The notes under the pieces: generated by a model | Databases searched by the model: none | Told to the model about the DNA's origin: nothing | Seen by the model: only the letters and a program-made list of their open reading frames with translations | Part shown: positions 47,704 to 56,349 of the stretch, piece after piece | Position numbering within the stretch: position 1 is the first letter of the stretch | Layout: every line of letters begins with the position of its first letter | Assembly (NCBI GenBank): GCA_039208735.1 | Contig: JBCCQY010000050.1 | Location: forward strand, 1 to 56,349 | Length of the DNA stretch: 56,349 nucleotides | From: Myxococcota bacterium | Lineage (GTDB): Bacteria; Myxococcota_A; UBA796; GCA-2862545 | Direction: 5' to 3' | Position numbers and translations under genes: made by a program

Positions 47704-48980
47704 GCTTGCGTGACTTGGCCACGAGGACCCGCGGGGCGGCTCGGCAGGCTGGCGCCCAAGCGGGTGCCGAACGCAGTGCAGCGCTTCACCGCATGGCCGA
47801 GGCCCTCGACGGCCATCGCGAGCGCATTCTCGACGCCAACCGGGCCGATGTTCGCGACGCCGAGGCAGCCGTCGCGGCCCAGGCGATGTCGCAGGCCCTG
47901 GCCGACCGGCTGAAGCTGTCGTCCAAACGGCTTGACCAGCTGATTGCAAGCCTTCATGGGTTGGCCAAAACACCGGATCCCCTGGGTCGGACGGTTCACC
48001 ACATCGAACTCGCGCCAGGACTCGTTCGCCGCGAGGTCACGGCTCCGCTCGGCGTGTTGCTGATCATCTTCGAGTCTCGGCCCGATGCGCTCGTCCAGAT
48101 CGCCGCTTTGGGCGTACGCTCCGGCAACGGCCTTCTTCTAAAGGGAGGCTCGGAAGCCGCCCGTTCGAACACGGTGCTGCACGAGGTGCTTCGCGAAGCC
48201 CTCGCCCCGCTCCCTCCAGATCTGTTGACGCTTGTCCACACCCGAGAAGACATCGCCGCCCTCTTGCAGCTCGATGACCTCGTGGACCTGGTGATTCCCC
48301 GAGGATCCGATGCGCTGGTGCGGCATGTCCAAGCCCACACGAAGATCCCTGTGCTCGGTCACGCCGACGGCATTTGCCACGTCTACGTCGATGCGCAGGC
48401 CGACCCGGCGAAGGCCCACGCCATCGTGCTGGACAGCAAGACGAACTACCCCGCGGCCTGCAACGCGATGGAGACGTTGCTCGTCCATCGGGCGCATGTC
48501 GGTGGTCTTGCCGACGAACTCATCCAAGCCTTGCAAACCGCCGATGTCTTGGTTCATCGTGCTCCTGAAGCTCCGTTTCCGGACCTTCCCGAAGCCTCAT
48601 CGCTGGCCCATGAGTACGGGGACCGGGCATGCACGATCGCCATCGTGGATGATGTGGCCGCGGCCATGGCCCACATCCACCGCTACGGTTCGGGCCACAC
48701 CGACACCGTCGTGACCGAAGATCCGCAGGTGGCCGCAACGTGGCAAGCCGGGCTCGACAGCGCGTGCGTCTTCGTCAACGCCAGCACCCGATTCGCCGAC
48801 GGATTCCGCTTTGGTCTGGGGGCCGAAGTCGGCATCAGCACGGGCCGCATCCATGCCCGAGGTCCCGTGGGGGTGGAAGGGCTGTTGACGACGCGGCATC
48901 TCGTGACCGGACATGGCGACACGGTGGCCGCCTTCTCGACCGGCGAACGCACCTTCACGCACCTGAAGATTGGCGGTTAG
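47700..48980 (+). CDS. proA: Gamma-glutamyl phosphate reductase
   Basis: PLGVLLIIFESRPD, LKGGSEA, GICHVY, ACNAMETLL, NASTRFADG, GISTGRIHARGPVG. Confidence 0.96.
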   Translation: MSLRDLATRTRGAARQAGAQAGAERSAALHRMAEALDGHRERILDANRADVRDAEAAVAAQAMSQALADRLKLSSKRLDQLIASLHGLAKTPDPLGRTVHHIELAPGLVRREVTAPLGVLLIIFESRPDALVQIAALGVRSGNGLLLKGGSEAARSNTVLHEVLREALAPLPPDLLTLVHTREDIAALLQLDDLVDLVIPRGSDALVRHVQAHTKIPVLGHADGICHVYVDAQADPAKAHAIVLDSKTNYPAACNAMETLLVHRAHVGGLADELIQALQTADVLVHRAPEAPFPDLPEASSLAHEYGDRACTIAIVDDVAAAMAHIHRYGSGHTDTVVTEDPQVAATWQAGLDSACVFVNASTRFADGFRFGLGAEVGISTGRIHARGPVGVEGLLTTRHLVTGHGDTVAAFSTGERTFTHLKIGG

Positions 48981-49009
48981 GGAGCAAGACCCACCGCAGC
49001 GAGGCCGAC

Positions 49010-50932
49010 GTGAAACTCCAAGGACGAATCCTGCATCTGATGGATGATGCCGACACCGTCCGGGATCAGCTCGCGGGCACCGATCTCCCGCTTCATCCCG
49101 AAGGCGCCTACACCTACGGCGTCAACACCGATCTCATCATCTCTGGACGAGCTTGCACCCTCGGCTACACCGAAGAGGTCCTCGGTCCGTACTTTCTTGA
49201 GAACTTCCTTGATGTTGTCACCAAGGACGGCGTCAAACAGGGCGGGTTCCAGGTGCTCGTCGCAGGCGATGCCTACGGAAGCGGGTCGAGCCGAGAGGTT
49301 GCAGTCGTCGCGCATCGGGGCGCAGGCATTGAGCTTGTCGTGGCCGACAGCTTCCAGCGCATCTTCCAGGAAAACATGGTTTATTCGGGGATGCCGTTCA
49401 CCACGGATCGCACCGTCCTGGACCGACTCTCGGCTGGTGAGAGCATCGATGTGACCGAGTTCTTCTCGGTGTTGCCGCCGTTCTTCAAGTCGGTCGCAGA
49501 AGCCGGTGGTCTGATGCCCTACGGCACCCAACTCCTCGCGGGCGACATCAAGCCCACCTGGTCGACCGACGCACCGGCGCGTCCGCTCAACATCGCCGAG
49601 AAACTCATCGCCGCCCGCACCTGGACCGGCGCCACCTCCCCCGAGGGTGTGGCCAGTGTGTCACCCGGCGACCAGGTCTTGTGTCGCGCCTCGTTCCGCG
49701 GCATGCATGAGTACACCGCAGGCATGGTCATGGCGTTGTACCGCGACGAATGGGGCGATGCGCCCATGGATCGCCCGGAACAGGTCGCCGCCTTCGAAGA
49801 CCACTTCGTGCTCATTAGCCACGAAGCCGTGCCGGATTTCGCGAAGCAAGCGCGACTTGCGCCAGCCATGCGATTGACCGAAGAGATGGTCGAAGCCTGT
49901 GAACGTAACGGCATCCGCCTGCACGGTCCGGGCCGTTCCCATCCGCCTGGGGTCTGCCATCGCGTGGTGGTCGAAGACTACGCGGCTCCAGGCGATATCG
50001 TCGTGCTCACCGATAGCCACACGCCCACCGCTGGCGTCCTCAATGCGTTTGCCTTCGGGGTCGGTTCCACCGCCATGGCCTTCGCGCTGCGCACCGGGCT
50101 CATCCCCGTGACCGTGCCCAAGGTCGTCCGCGTGGAGCTGACGGGGTCGGCCGAAGGAGTGCTGTCGCCCAAAGACGTCATCCTCCACCTTATTGGAGAC
50201 CCCTTCTTCCGCGAGGAGCACTGGCGCGAGTCTCCCACCGACACGTGCATCGTCGAGTTCGGAGGGCCTGCGCTCGCGCAGTGGTCGGTCGACGAGCTGT
50301 CGGTCCTTACGAACATGACCGTCGAGGGTGGCCTGATGACGGGCATCGTGGAGCCGTGCGAACCCATTGTGCAGTTCCTCAAGGATCGTCGGGGCATCGA
50401 CGTCTCCGACCAGCTTGTCGGAGCCGACGACGGAGCGAACTACGTCCGCACCATCACCCTTGACCTGTCCAGTGTGCCGTTGACCGTGGCCACCCCTGGA
50501 GACTCCCGCAACCGAGCATCCCTCGATGCCCACGATGGCGTTTCCGTAGAAAACGTGGTCATTGCAAGTTGTACCGGGGGGTCCCTTGCGGACCTCAAGG
50601 CGGCGGCCAGTGTGCTTCAGGGCCGATCCCTCGCTCAAGGCGTCCGCCTCACGGTGACCCCATCCTCGACGCAGGTGGCCGAAGACGCTGAAGCCGAAGG
50701 TCTTCTCGAACTCTTCCGGACCTTGGGAGCGGTGGTCACTCCGCCTGGTTGTGGCTCGTGCATCGGCAATGGGCCCGGCATTCCGTTGCCCGGCGAGACG
50801 ACCGCAAGCACCACGAACCGCAACTTCGCGCGGCGCATGGGTGCGCCGGGCCCGGTCTACCTCGTTTCCCCCGCCGTGGCGGCCGCGAGCGCGGTCACCG
50901 GCAAGCTCACGGATCCCCGGACCCTGGACTGA
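49010..50932 (+). CDS. Aconitase-family dehydratase; swivel (LeuD-like) domain fused N-terminal to the [4Fe-4S] (LeuC-like) domain
   Basis: NTDLII, GSGSSRE, FQRIFQEN; then EDH, GVCH, DSHT, SCTGG, PGCGSC, STTNRNF; GTG 49010. Confidence 0.85.
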   Translation: MKLQGRILHLMDDADTVRDQLAGTDLPLHPEGAYTYGVNTDLIISGRACTLGYTEEVLGPYFLENFLDVVTKDGVKQGGFQVLVAGDAYGSGSSREVAVVAHRGAGIELVVADSFQRIFQENMVYSGMPFTTDRTVLDRLSAGESIDVTEFFSVLPPFFKSVAEAGGLMPYGTQLLAGDIKPTWSTDAPARPLNIAEKLIAARTWTGATSPEGVASVSPGDQVLCRASFRGMHEYTAGMVMALYRDEWGDAPMDRPEQVAAFEDHFVLISHEAVPDFAKQARLAPAMRLTEEMVEACERNGIRLHGPGRSHPPGVCHRVVVEDYAAPGDIVVLTDSHTPTAGVLNAFAFGVGSTAMAFALRTGLIPVTVPKVVRVELTGSAEGVLSPKDVILHLIGDPFFREEHWRESPTDTCIVEFGGPALAQWSVDELSVLTNMTVEGGLMTGIVEPCEPIVQFLKDRRGIDVSDQLVGADDGANYVRTITLDLSSVPLTVATPGDSRNRASLDAHDGVSVENVVIASCTGGSLADLKAAASVLQGRSLAQGVRLTVTPSSTQVAEDAEAEGLLELFRTLGAVVTPPGCGSCIGNGPGIPLPGETTASTTNRNFARRMGAPGPVYLVSPAVAAASAVTGKLTDPRTLD

Positions 50933-50934
50933 CC

Positions 50935-51696
50935 TTGCGAATCGCAACGTTCAACGTCAACAGCCTTCGGGCTCGCCTCGACCATGTGAAGCGCTACGCC
51001 GAGGAAGCCGCCCCGGATGTGCTGTGCCTACAGGAACTCAAGCTCGATGAGGGTCAGATCCCCTACGACGAGCTGAAGGCCATGGGCTACCCACACATCA
51101 TTGCCCGGGGTCAACCGAGCTACAACGGCGTCGCGATGCTCTCGAAGCATCCGATCGAAGACCCACAAACCCAGTTCCATGGCTTCGACGACCCTGCTGC
51201 ACGGGTGGTCGCAGGGACGGTGCAGGGCATTCGAATCTATGGGTTGTACGTTCCAAATGGCCAGGCCGTAGGCAGTGAGAAGTTCCACTACAAACTCGGA
51301 TGGCTTGAACAGCTGCGAATTGAGGTCCACAACCACGCCGACGACATCTCGCTCGTCGTGTGCGGCGACATGAACATCGCCCCCACCGACCTCGATGTGT
51401 GGGACCCGTTCAAGCTCGACGGAAGCCTCCAAACCACCGCCGACGAGCGCCAAGCCCTGGACCGCGTGCTCGCATGGGGCCTCAAAGACGCCTGGCGCCA
51501 CCTCAACCCCTTCGAACAGCAATTCACCTGGTGGGACTACCAGAAGATGGGGTTCGTTCGAAACCATGGGTTGCGCATCGACCACATCTTCCTGTCCGAT
51601 GATCTCCTTGGGCGATTGAAGAAGATGACCATCCATCGCGACGTTCGCGGCTGGGACACTCCTTCCGACCACGCCCCCGTTTCGGTCGACCTCTAG
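50935..51696 (+). CDS. xth: Exodeoxyribonuclease III
   Basis: RIATFNVNS, LQELK, YNGVA, YVPNG, GDMNIAP, FTWWDY, GLRIDH, SDHAPV. Confidence 0.93.
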   Translation: MRIATFNVNSLRARLDHVKRYAEEAAPDVLCLQELKLDEGQIPYDELKAMGYPHIIARGQPSYNGVAMLSKHPIEDPQTQFHGFDDPAARVVAGTVQGIRIYGLYVPNGQAVGSEKFHYKLGWLEQLRIEVHNHADDISLVVCGDMNIAPTDLDVWDPFKLDGSLQTTADERQALDRVLAWGLKDAWRHLNPFEQQFTWWDYQKMGFVRNHGLRIDHIFLSDDLLGRLKKMTIHRDVRGWDTPSDHAPVSVDL

Positions 51697-52499
51697 TGGT
51701 TCGCGTGACCGTGGCCGGCATTCCCGTGTGGGTGGATGCCGGGCGGTTGCTCGGCCCAGGGGAGTGGGAGGAGGACGCCTCCGGCGGGTGGAGCGCCCTG
51801 CTCGACCGCCGCCAGGCTGCAGATGTGCAGGCCCGCCTGCGAGGCTGGGGCATTGGGGGCACCCCGCTCGTCACCACGGTGGTGCCCCCCCTCAAACGGC
51901 CGCTCGTTCGCCAGGCCCGAGCCGACGAGGCCGTTCGCCGTCGCGCGCGCACCCCGGGCTTCTTGCGCAGGGGCACCCGCCTAGACCGTGAAGGGCAAGT
52001 CTCGCTCACGCCCGAAGCCCTTGCGATGACCATGGCCGAACGGGTGGCGGGCCTTTCCGTTGTGGATGCCACCGCGGGGGCTGGCGGCAACGCGATCGCC
52101 TTTGCGCGACATGACTGCCGCGTGGTGGCCATCGAACCCCAGGCCGAACGCCGACGCCTTCTCGAACACAATGCTCGCCTCTACGGCGTCCGAGACCGCA
52201 TTCAGATCGTGGCCGGCCGTGCTCCCAACGATCTGCCTAAGCCCGCCGACCTGCTGTTTATCGACGTGCCCTGGGGCACGGAGTACGACCCCAACCGGGT
52301 GGTCCTCGATGACCTCCCCTTGCTCGCCGACATCCTGCAAGCCACGTCCCACTGGCCGAGGGTTTGGGCCAAGCTTCCCCCATCGTTCGACGTGACCACC
52401 CTGGCCGGGACCCCAGAGGCCTGGTTCGGCGTGGCCCCAGGCGACCGTCAGCGGGTCAAGTTCATCGTCATCGAGGTCGCTCGCGAGGTCAGTGGATGA
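51696..52499 (+). CDS. Class I SAM-dependent methyltransferase, Tgs1/RsmD-like
   Basis: SLTPEALA, VVDATAGAGGNAIAFA, HNARLYGV, FIDVPWG. Confidence 0.7.
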   Translation: MVRVTVAGIPVWVDAGRLLGPGEWEEDASGGWSALLDRRQAADVQARLRGWGIGGTPLVTTVVPPLKRPLVRQARADEAVRRRARTPGFLRRGTRLDREGQVSLTPEALAMTMAERVAGLSVVDATAGAGGNAIAFARHDCRVVAIEPQAERRRLLEHNARLYGVRDRIQIVAGRAPNDLPKPADLLFIDVPWGTEYDPNRVVLDDLPLLADILQATSHWPRVWAKLPPSFDVTTLAGTPEAWFGVAPGDRQRVKFIVIEVAREVSG

Positions 52500-52809
52500 T
52501 CTCGCGCAGTGCGGTCGCCTTTTCCTGACGCGCGGGCGCTCCCTCAGGGTCGATTGCGGTCCAGGCTTCGAGCGCCTCGACCATGGCGCGAATGCGTTGT
52601 TCCACAAGGCCGTCGCCCACCGAACGACGCGCCATCGCCAACAGCGCCTGCGCCGGAAGCGCATCCAGCGTATCGAGCGACAGCCCGGTGGCGGATTGCA
52701 AAGCCTGGTCGACCGCGGCCCGCTCGGCTTCGTTGTCACGGTCCTGCCAACCTGCCAGCGCTTCGGCAAGCCGACGAATCATCCGGAGGATGTAGTCTTC
52801 CTGGTACAT
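52489..52809 (-). CDS. Small helical hypothetical protein
   Basis: MYQEDYILRMIRRL N-terminus; convergent overlap with the methyltransferase. Confidence 0.55.
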   Translation of the reverse strand: MYQEDYILRMIRRLAEALAGWQDRDNEAERAAVDQALQSATGLSLDTLDALPAQALLAMARRSVGDGLVEQRIRAMVEALEAWTAIDPEGAPARQEKATALREIIH

Positions 52810-52889
52810 GCGAGCAGGTAACGCGTGAGCCTTCTATCGCCTTGTGGTAAGCCAGCTTCCGCGTACCGCATCGCGTAGCCCACTTCAGA

Positions 52890-53042
52890 AGGGAGGGCGT
52901 CAGAGGACGGCCACTTGCTCCGAGCCGCGCGCTGGGGATGGATGGGATCCCGGGTACCGCGATGACGCAGATGCGACTTCTTCTTTCGGACGGCGAATTG
53001 GATGCGATCGTGGCCTTCGTTCGCTCGAGGTTCGACGGCTAA
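52890..53042 (+). pseudogene. Frameshifted C-terminal remnant of a class I cytochrome c-like gene
   Basis: 'EDGHLLRAARWG' and 'GIPGTAMTQMRLLLSDGELDAIVAFVRSRFDG*' lie in different frames joined at an ATGGATGG tandem; no CxxCH remains. Confidence 0.45.
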
Positions 53043-53119
53043 GTCTGCATCCTGGTCGAAGAAAGAGATGGATGGGTTTGGGGCGACCCCACGCAAAACC
53101 GCCCTCCAGACTCATCTCA

Positions 53120-53140
53120 TGAATTTGATTTTCATTTTCA
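53120..53140. promoter_or_regulatory. Fur-box-like operator
   Basis: TGAATTTGATTTTCATTTTCA (TGA-n3-TGA-n3-TCA-n3-TCA); AT-rich island 45 nt before the kelch gene. Confidence 0.7.
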
Positions 53141-53185
53141 AAAAAACGAGATTACGCTGGCCGCGGACCTCCGAGGAATTCGCGC

Positions 53186-54409
53186 ATGGCTGTTTGGTGG
53201 AAGACGTGGCCCTTGTTGCTGCTGGTCGGCGCATGTGGTGGCTCATCGGGTGCCCCTCGCAACCTTGACTCGATCAAGTCGACCGAGTCACCACCCAAAC
53301 GGTCTGAAGTTCGGCCCGCCGCGCATGGTCCAACCAACAAGATTCTGTTGTTCGGAGGGAACGACGGAGTGGTGGTCAACCAGATTCCTCGTGCCCGCTA
53401 CCGGGAAGACACCTGGATTTTTGAGCCAGGCCAAGGATGGCGAGAAGTCGCGACGGACACGCACCCGTCTTCACGAGCGCGCTACGCGATGGCCGTCGAC
53501 GAAGAAGGGGAGCGGGCCTTGCTCTTCGGCGGCCGGTGGCGCGCCGACGGCGAGCAGGGTGACTACACGCTCTACAACGACCTGTGGCAGTTCGACTTCA
53601 CCAATGACGAGTGGTCGTTGCTTTGGGATGGCCGTGGTTCGGGCCCATCACCGAGGTACTACGGGCAAGGTGCCTACGACCAGGAATCGAACCGGTTCTA
53701 CGTGTGGGGCGGCAACACGAACACCGATCCCCTGGCCTTCAACATCACCGGCCAACTGTGGGCGTGGGATGGGCAGACCTGGGAGCGTATTCAGACGTCC
53801 GGTCAAGCTCCCTCCACTCGGAGCTTCCTCGGAAGCCTGCACGACACGGTACGCAACAACTTGGTCATCTTCGGGGGTCAGCAAGGCGACTTCTACAACT
53901 TCGCCTACAACGATACCTACAGCCTTGACCTAGACACGGGCGCATGGACCCGGCTGCACGCGGGACGACGGAACTCCCCCACCACGCGGATGCACGCTCA
54001 GCTCGCTTACGACAGTCCAAACGACCGATACCTGCTCTTCGGGGGCCACACGGACTTCGGTGACCAAAACGACCTTTGGTCGATGGAACCCGAACAAACC
54101 ACCTGGAGCGAGATTTACTTCGCCGACGTGTTGGTGGGCGGACTCGGCTGTCTCGGCAATCCAAGTGAAGTTCCCCAGAGCTTCGTCGACCAAGACCTCT
54201 CCGCGCCAGAGCGCCGTCACAACGCGATGAGCGCAATGATGCACGGCACGCTTTGGGTGTTTGGTGGTATCCACGCGGAGTGCAGCGATCACTTGGACGA
54301 TACCTGGCGTTTCGACTTCGAGACCAATCAGTGGATCGAACTCATCGAAGCCACCACGGGCGAGTCTTGTGCGCGGCGTGACGACGACTGCGAGTGCCTC
54401 TGCCTGTAG
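53186..54409 (+). CDS. Kelch-repeat beta-propeller lipoprotein
   Basis: Lipobox LVGAC; six 'PxxR...LLFGG...DxWxFD...W' repeats; Cys-rich C-terminus. Confidence 0.85.
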   Translation: MAVWWKTWPLLLLVGACGGSSGAPRNLDSIKSTESPPKRSEVRPAAHGPTNKILLFGGNDGVVVNQIPRARYREDTWIFEPGQGWREVATDTHPSSRARYAMAVDEEGERALLFGGRWRADGEQGDYTLYNDLWQFDFTNDEWSLLWDGRGSGPSPRYYGQGAYDQESNRFYVWGGNTNTDPLAFNITGQLWAWDGQTWERIQTSGQAPSTRSFLGSLHDTVRNNLVIFGGQQGDFYNFAYNDTYSLDLDTGAWTRLHAGRRNSPTTRMHAQLAYDSPNDRYLLFGGHTDFGDQNDLWSMEPEQTTWSEIYFADVLVGGLGCLGNPSEVPQSFVDQDLSAPERRHNAMSAMMHGTLWVFGGIHAECSDHLDDTWRFDFETNQWIELIEATTGESCARRDDDCECLCL

Positions 54410-54450
54410 TGGAGAGGGGTGCCGGGAGCACCCTTCCTTCCAGCTTTATT

Positions 54451-54471
54451 TGAAATTGAAATTCATTTTCA
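54451..54471. promoter_or_regulatory. Fur-box-like operator
   Basis: TGAAATTGAAATTCATTTTCA, 18/21 identical to the site at 53120; 30 nt before ATG 54502. Confidence 0.7.
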
Positions 54472-54501
54472 GCCTACAATCCAAGAGAAGAGAGGAAACG
54501 C

Positions 54502-55965
54502 ATGCGAATTTGGCTTAGCCTCTTCGCCCTCGCCGCTTGCACCGGCGATGACAAAGACACCGACTCGACAATGGAAGCCGACGCGGACGCAGATGCCGAC
54601 GCAGACGCGGATGCCGACGCAGACGCAGACGCCGATACCGACGCAGACACCGATGCCGACCCCGATCCCATCCCCGTTGGTTACGGGTTCGAGAGCCGCA
54701 ACGGTGACGGTGTGGACAGCGTTGTGAATGACGGACAGCAGATGCGCCACGTGCTCATCTCGGACGTCAAGAGCTACCTGGGTGGTCTCACCGCCGACAT
54801 CGACGGCGGCCTGGTACCGAAGCCCGGTCAGGTGCGGGACGAAGTCCTGTTCTTCATGGAGTTCGACTCCGCCACGGCCGGTGCGCTCAACCACCGCGTG
54901 ACGACCGACCCGGCGACCCTGCAGGTCACTTACGATGACATTTCGACCAACAAGGACCTCTTTGGAAAGTTGGCCGGAAACGACGCCGTTACCGATCACA
55001 AAGATTGGTCCAAGGAATTCGTGGGCTGGCCGGGCTCCGGTTCGCCAGAAGCGCTGATTCGCAGCTGGATTGACACCATTGATGCCGCGGCACTCGCACG
55101 GGCCGGGAACAACATTCCCACCACGCCGGACGGCTCACAAATCGCGAAGGTATTCGTCGACGCCGAGGGCCGTGACTACCAGCAGCTCATCGACAAGCTG
55201 CTGCGCGTGGGCATCACGTTCAGCCAGGGCGCTGATGACTACCTCGACGACGACGTCGAAGGCAAGGGCCTCCTCACTGACCACACCAAGGTTGCCAAGG
55301 ACAAGCCCTACACCGTCCTCGAGCATCAGTGGGATGAAGGGGTCGGCTACTTCGGCATCTCGCGGAACTTCGGCATGTGGACCGAAGAGCAGCGCCTGAC
55401 CACGTACTTCGACACGAATGGCGACGGTGGCATCGACCTGCAGACCGAGAAGGTCTGGCACTCCGCCAATAATGCCGCAAAGCGTGACGCAGCCTCGGTG
55501 ACCGGAACGACCTTCGGCGACGAAGCTTTCAATGCCATGCTCGCGGGCCGTCAGCTGCTCGCGACGACGACCGACGCGCTTACCCCCGAAGAGTTCGCCA
55601 CGTTGCAGGGTCACCGGGACGACGCGATTCTGGCTTGGGAAAAGAGCCTCGCGGCGACCGTGATTCACTACATCAACGTCACGGTGGCGGACCAGGATGC
55701 GATCGGAACCGCCAACTACTCGTTCGAAGACCATGCCAAGCACTGGGGCGAAGCCAAGGGCTTTGCCTTCGGCTTCCAGTTCAATCCCCGTTCACCGATG
55801 ACCGACGAGCAGTTTGCGGCCTTGCATGATGCGCTTGGTACCGCACCTGCCATCGATGATAATGGCCCAGTGTCATTGGCTGACTATCGAGCAGGTCTGC
55901 TTGCGGTCCGCGATGTCGTGGGTTCGGTCTACGGATTCGACGCCCAGGACGTGGCGGCCTGGTAG
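54502..55965 (+). CDS. DUF4856-like (imelysin-related) lipoprotein
   Basis: Lipobox LAAC; 'GRDYQQLIDKLL', 'LEHQWDEGVGYFG', 'TVIHYIN', 'KHWGEAKGF'. Confidence 0.75.
   Translation: MRIWLSLFALAACTGDDKDTDSTMEADADADADADADADADADADTDADTDADPDPIPVGYGFESRNGDGVDSVVNDGQQMRHVLISDVKSYLGGLTADIDGGLVPKPGQVRDEVLFFMEFDSATAGALNHRVTTDPATLQVTYDDISTNKDLFGKLAGNDAVTDHKDWSKEFVGWPGSGSPEALIRSWIDTIDAAALARAGNNIPTTPDGSQIAKVFVDAEGRDYQQLIDKLLRVGITFSQGADDYLDDDVEGKGLLTDHTKVAKDKPYTVLEHQWDEGVGYFGISRNFGMWTEEQRLTTYFDTNGDGGIDLQTEKVWHSANNAAKRDAASVTGTTFGDEAFNAMLAGRQLLATTTDALTPEEFATLQGHRDDAILAWEKSLAATVIHYINVTVADQDAIGTANYSFEDHAKHWGEAKGFAFGFQFNPRSPMTDEQFAALHDALGTAPAIDDNGPVSLADYRAGLLAVRDVVGSVYGFDAQDVAAW
54577..54660 (+). repeat. Coding (Ala/Thr-Asp)n low-complexity repeat
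   Basis: ADADADADADADADADADADTDADTDAD encoded with varied synonymous codons. Confidence 0.9.
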
Positions 55966-56002
55966 GCCCCCGACCGACACATCCTTCGAAGGGGAATTCG
56001 AC

Positions 56003-56349
56003 ATGATGGATTCAACAAGATGGTCATGGAGCGTCCTCGCTGGACTCGGCGTCTTCGCCGTCGCCCAGCCCTACCTCGGGTGTTTGCCCGAAGAGGAGCC
56101 GACCACGCGCTTCGTGGGGTCGGAGGATGTGTTGCGCGACGTTGGCACCGAAGTGGTGGTGCCAACTGTCGAGGCGTTCATCACCGAGATGACGGCTCTA
56201 AAAGGTGCATTGGAAGCCCAAGCGGGAAGTCCAGATGACCGAGTGGCCTCTCAAGAAGCCTATTTGCGGGCCATGACCGTCTGGCAGCAGCTCGAGGTCA
56301 TGCAGCTAGGTCCTGCGGGGCCTTCGCTTGGTGCGGTGGGCGGTGCCGA
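56003..56349 (+). CDS. Imelysin-family lipoprotein, 3'-truncated by the window edge (absent from the ORF track)
   Basis: Own translation: MMDSTRWSWSVLAGLGVFAVAQPYLGC...VVVPTVEAF...SQEAYLRAMTVWQQLEVMQLGP; open to the window end. Confidence 0.7.
   Translation, partial: MMDSTRWSWSVLAGLGVFAVAQPYLGCLPEEEPTTRFVGSEDVLRDVGTEVVVPTVEAFITEMTALKGALEAQAGSPDDRVASQEAYLRAMTVWQQLEVMQLGPAGPSLGAVGGA

Noticed and set aside
48740..49009. 90-aa N-terminal extension of the aconitase-family ORF
   Set aside because: Overlaps proA in another frame; GTG 49010 has an RBS-like GAGG
54577..54660. Short tandem repeats as a possible CRISPR array or VNTR
   Set aside because: In-frame coding dipeptide repeat with no spacers; no cas genes in the window

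Overview
GC-rich, gene-dense bacterial chromosome window, most likely from a Myxococcota member. That call rests on a MYXO-CTERM sorting tail, three Hanks-type Ser/Thr kinases, (DA)n-repeat lipoproteins and a vWA lipoprotein. About 50 CDSs are present. I saw no rRNA, tRNA, CRISPR array or mobile element. Housekeeping genes include mfd, alr, glpK, ilvE, a DegP/HtrA protease, proB, proA, xth and a fused aconitase-family dehydratase. The most notable parts are: (1) a translationally coupled lipoprotein / ECF sigma / zinc anti-sigma / exported caspase-family protease cassette (3.7-7.2 kb); (2) a complete heme-copper oxidase operon (30.6-38.9 kb) whose subunit I has the A1 signature GHPEVY and the D-channel entry residues but appears to lack the K-channel Thr/Lys, and which includes an unannotated 34-aa membrane microprotein and two lipoprotein cytochromes c; (3) a kelch / DUF4856-like / imelysin-like lipoprotein module with two near-identical 21-bp Fur-box-like sites (53-56 kb). 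Smaller items are an in-frame TAA in a membrane-protein gene, a frameshifted cytochrome c remnant, a sigma54-type promoter with a long leader ahead of a double zinc-finger gene, and a Tgs1-like methyltransferase. All family assignments come from motif recognition by eye; no searches were run.
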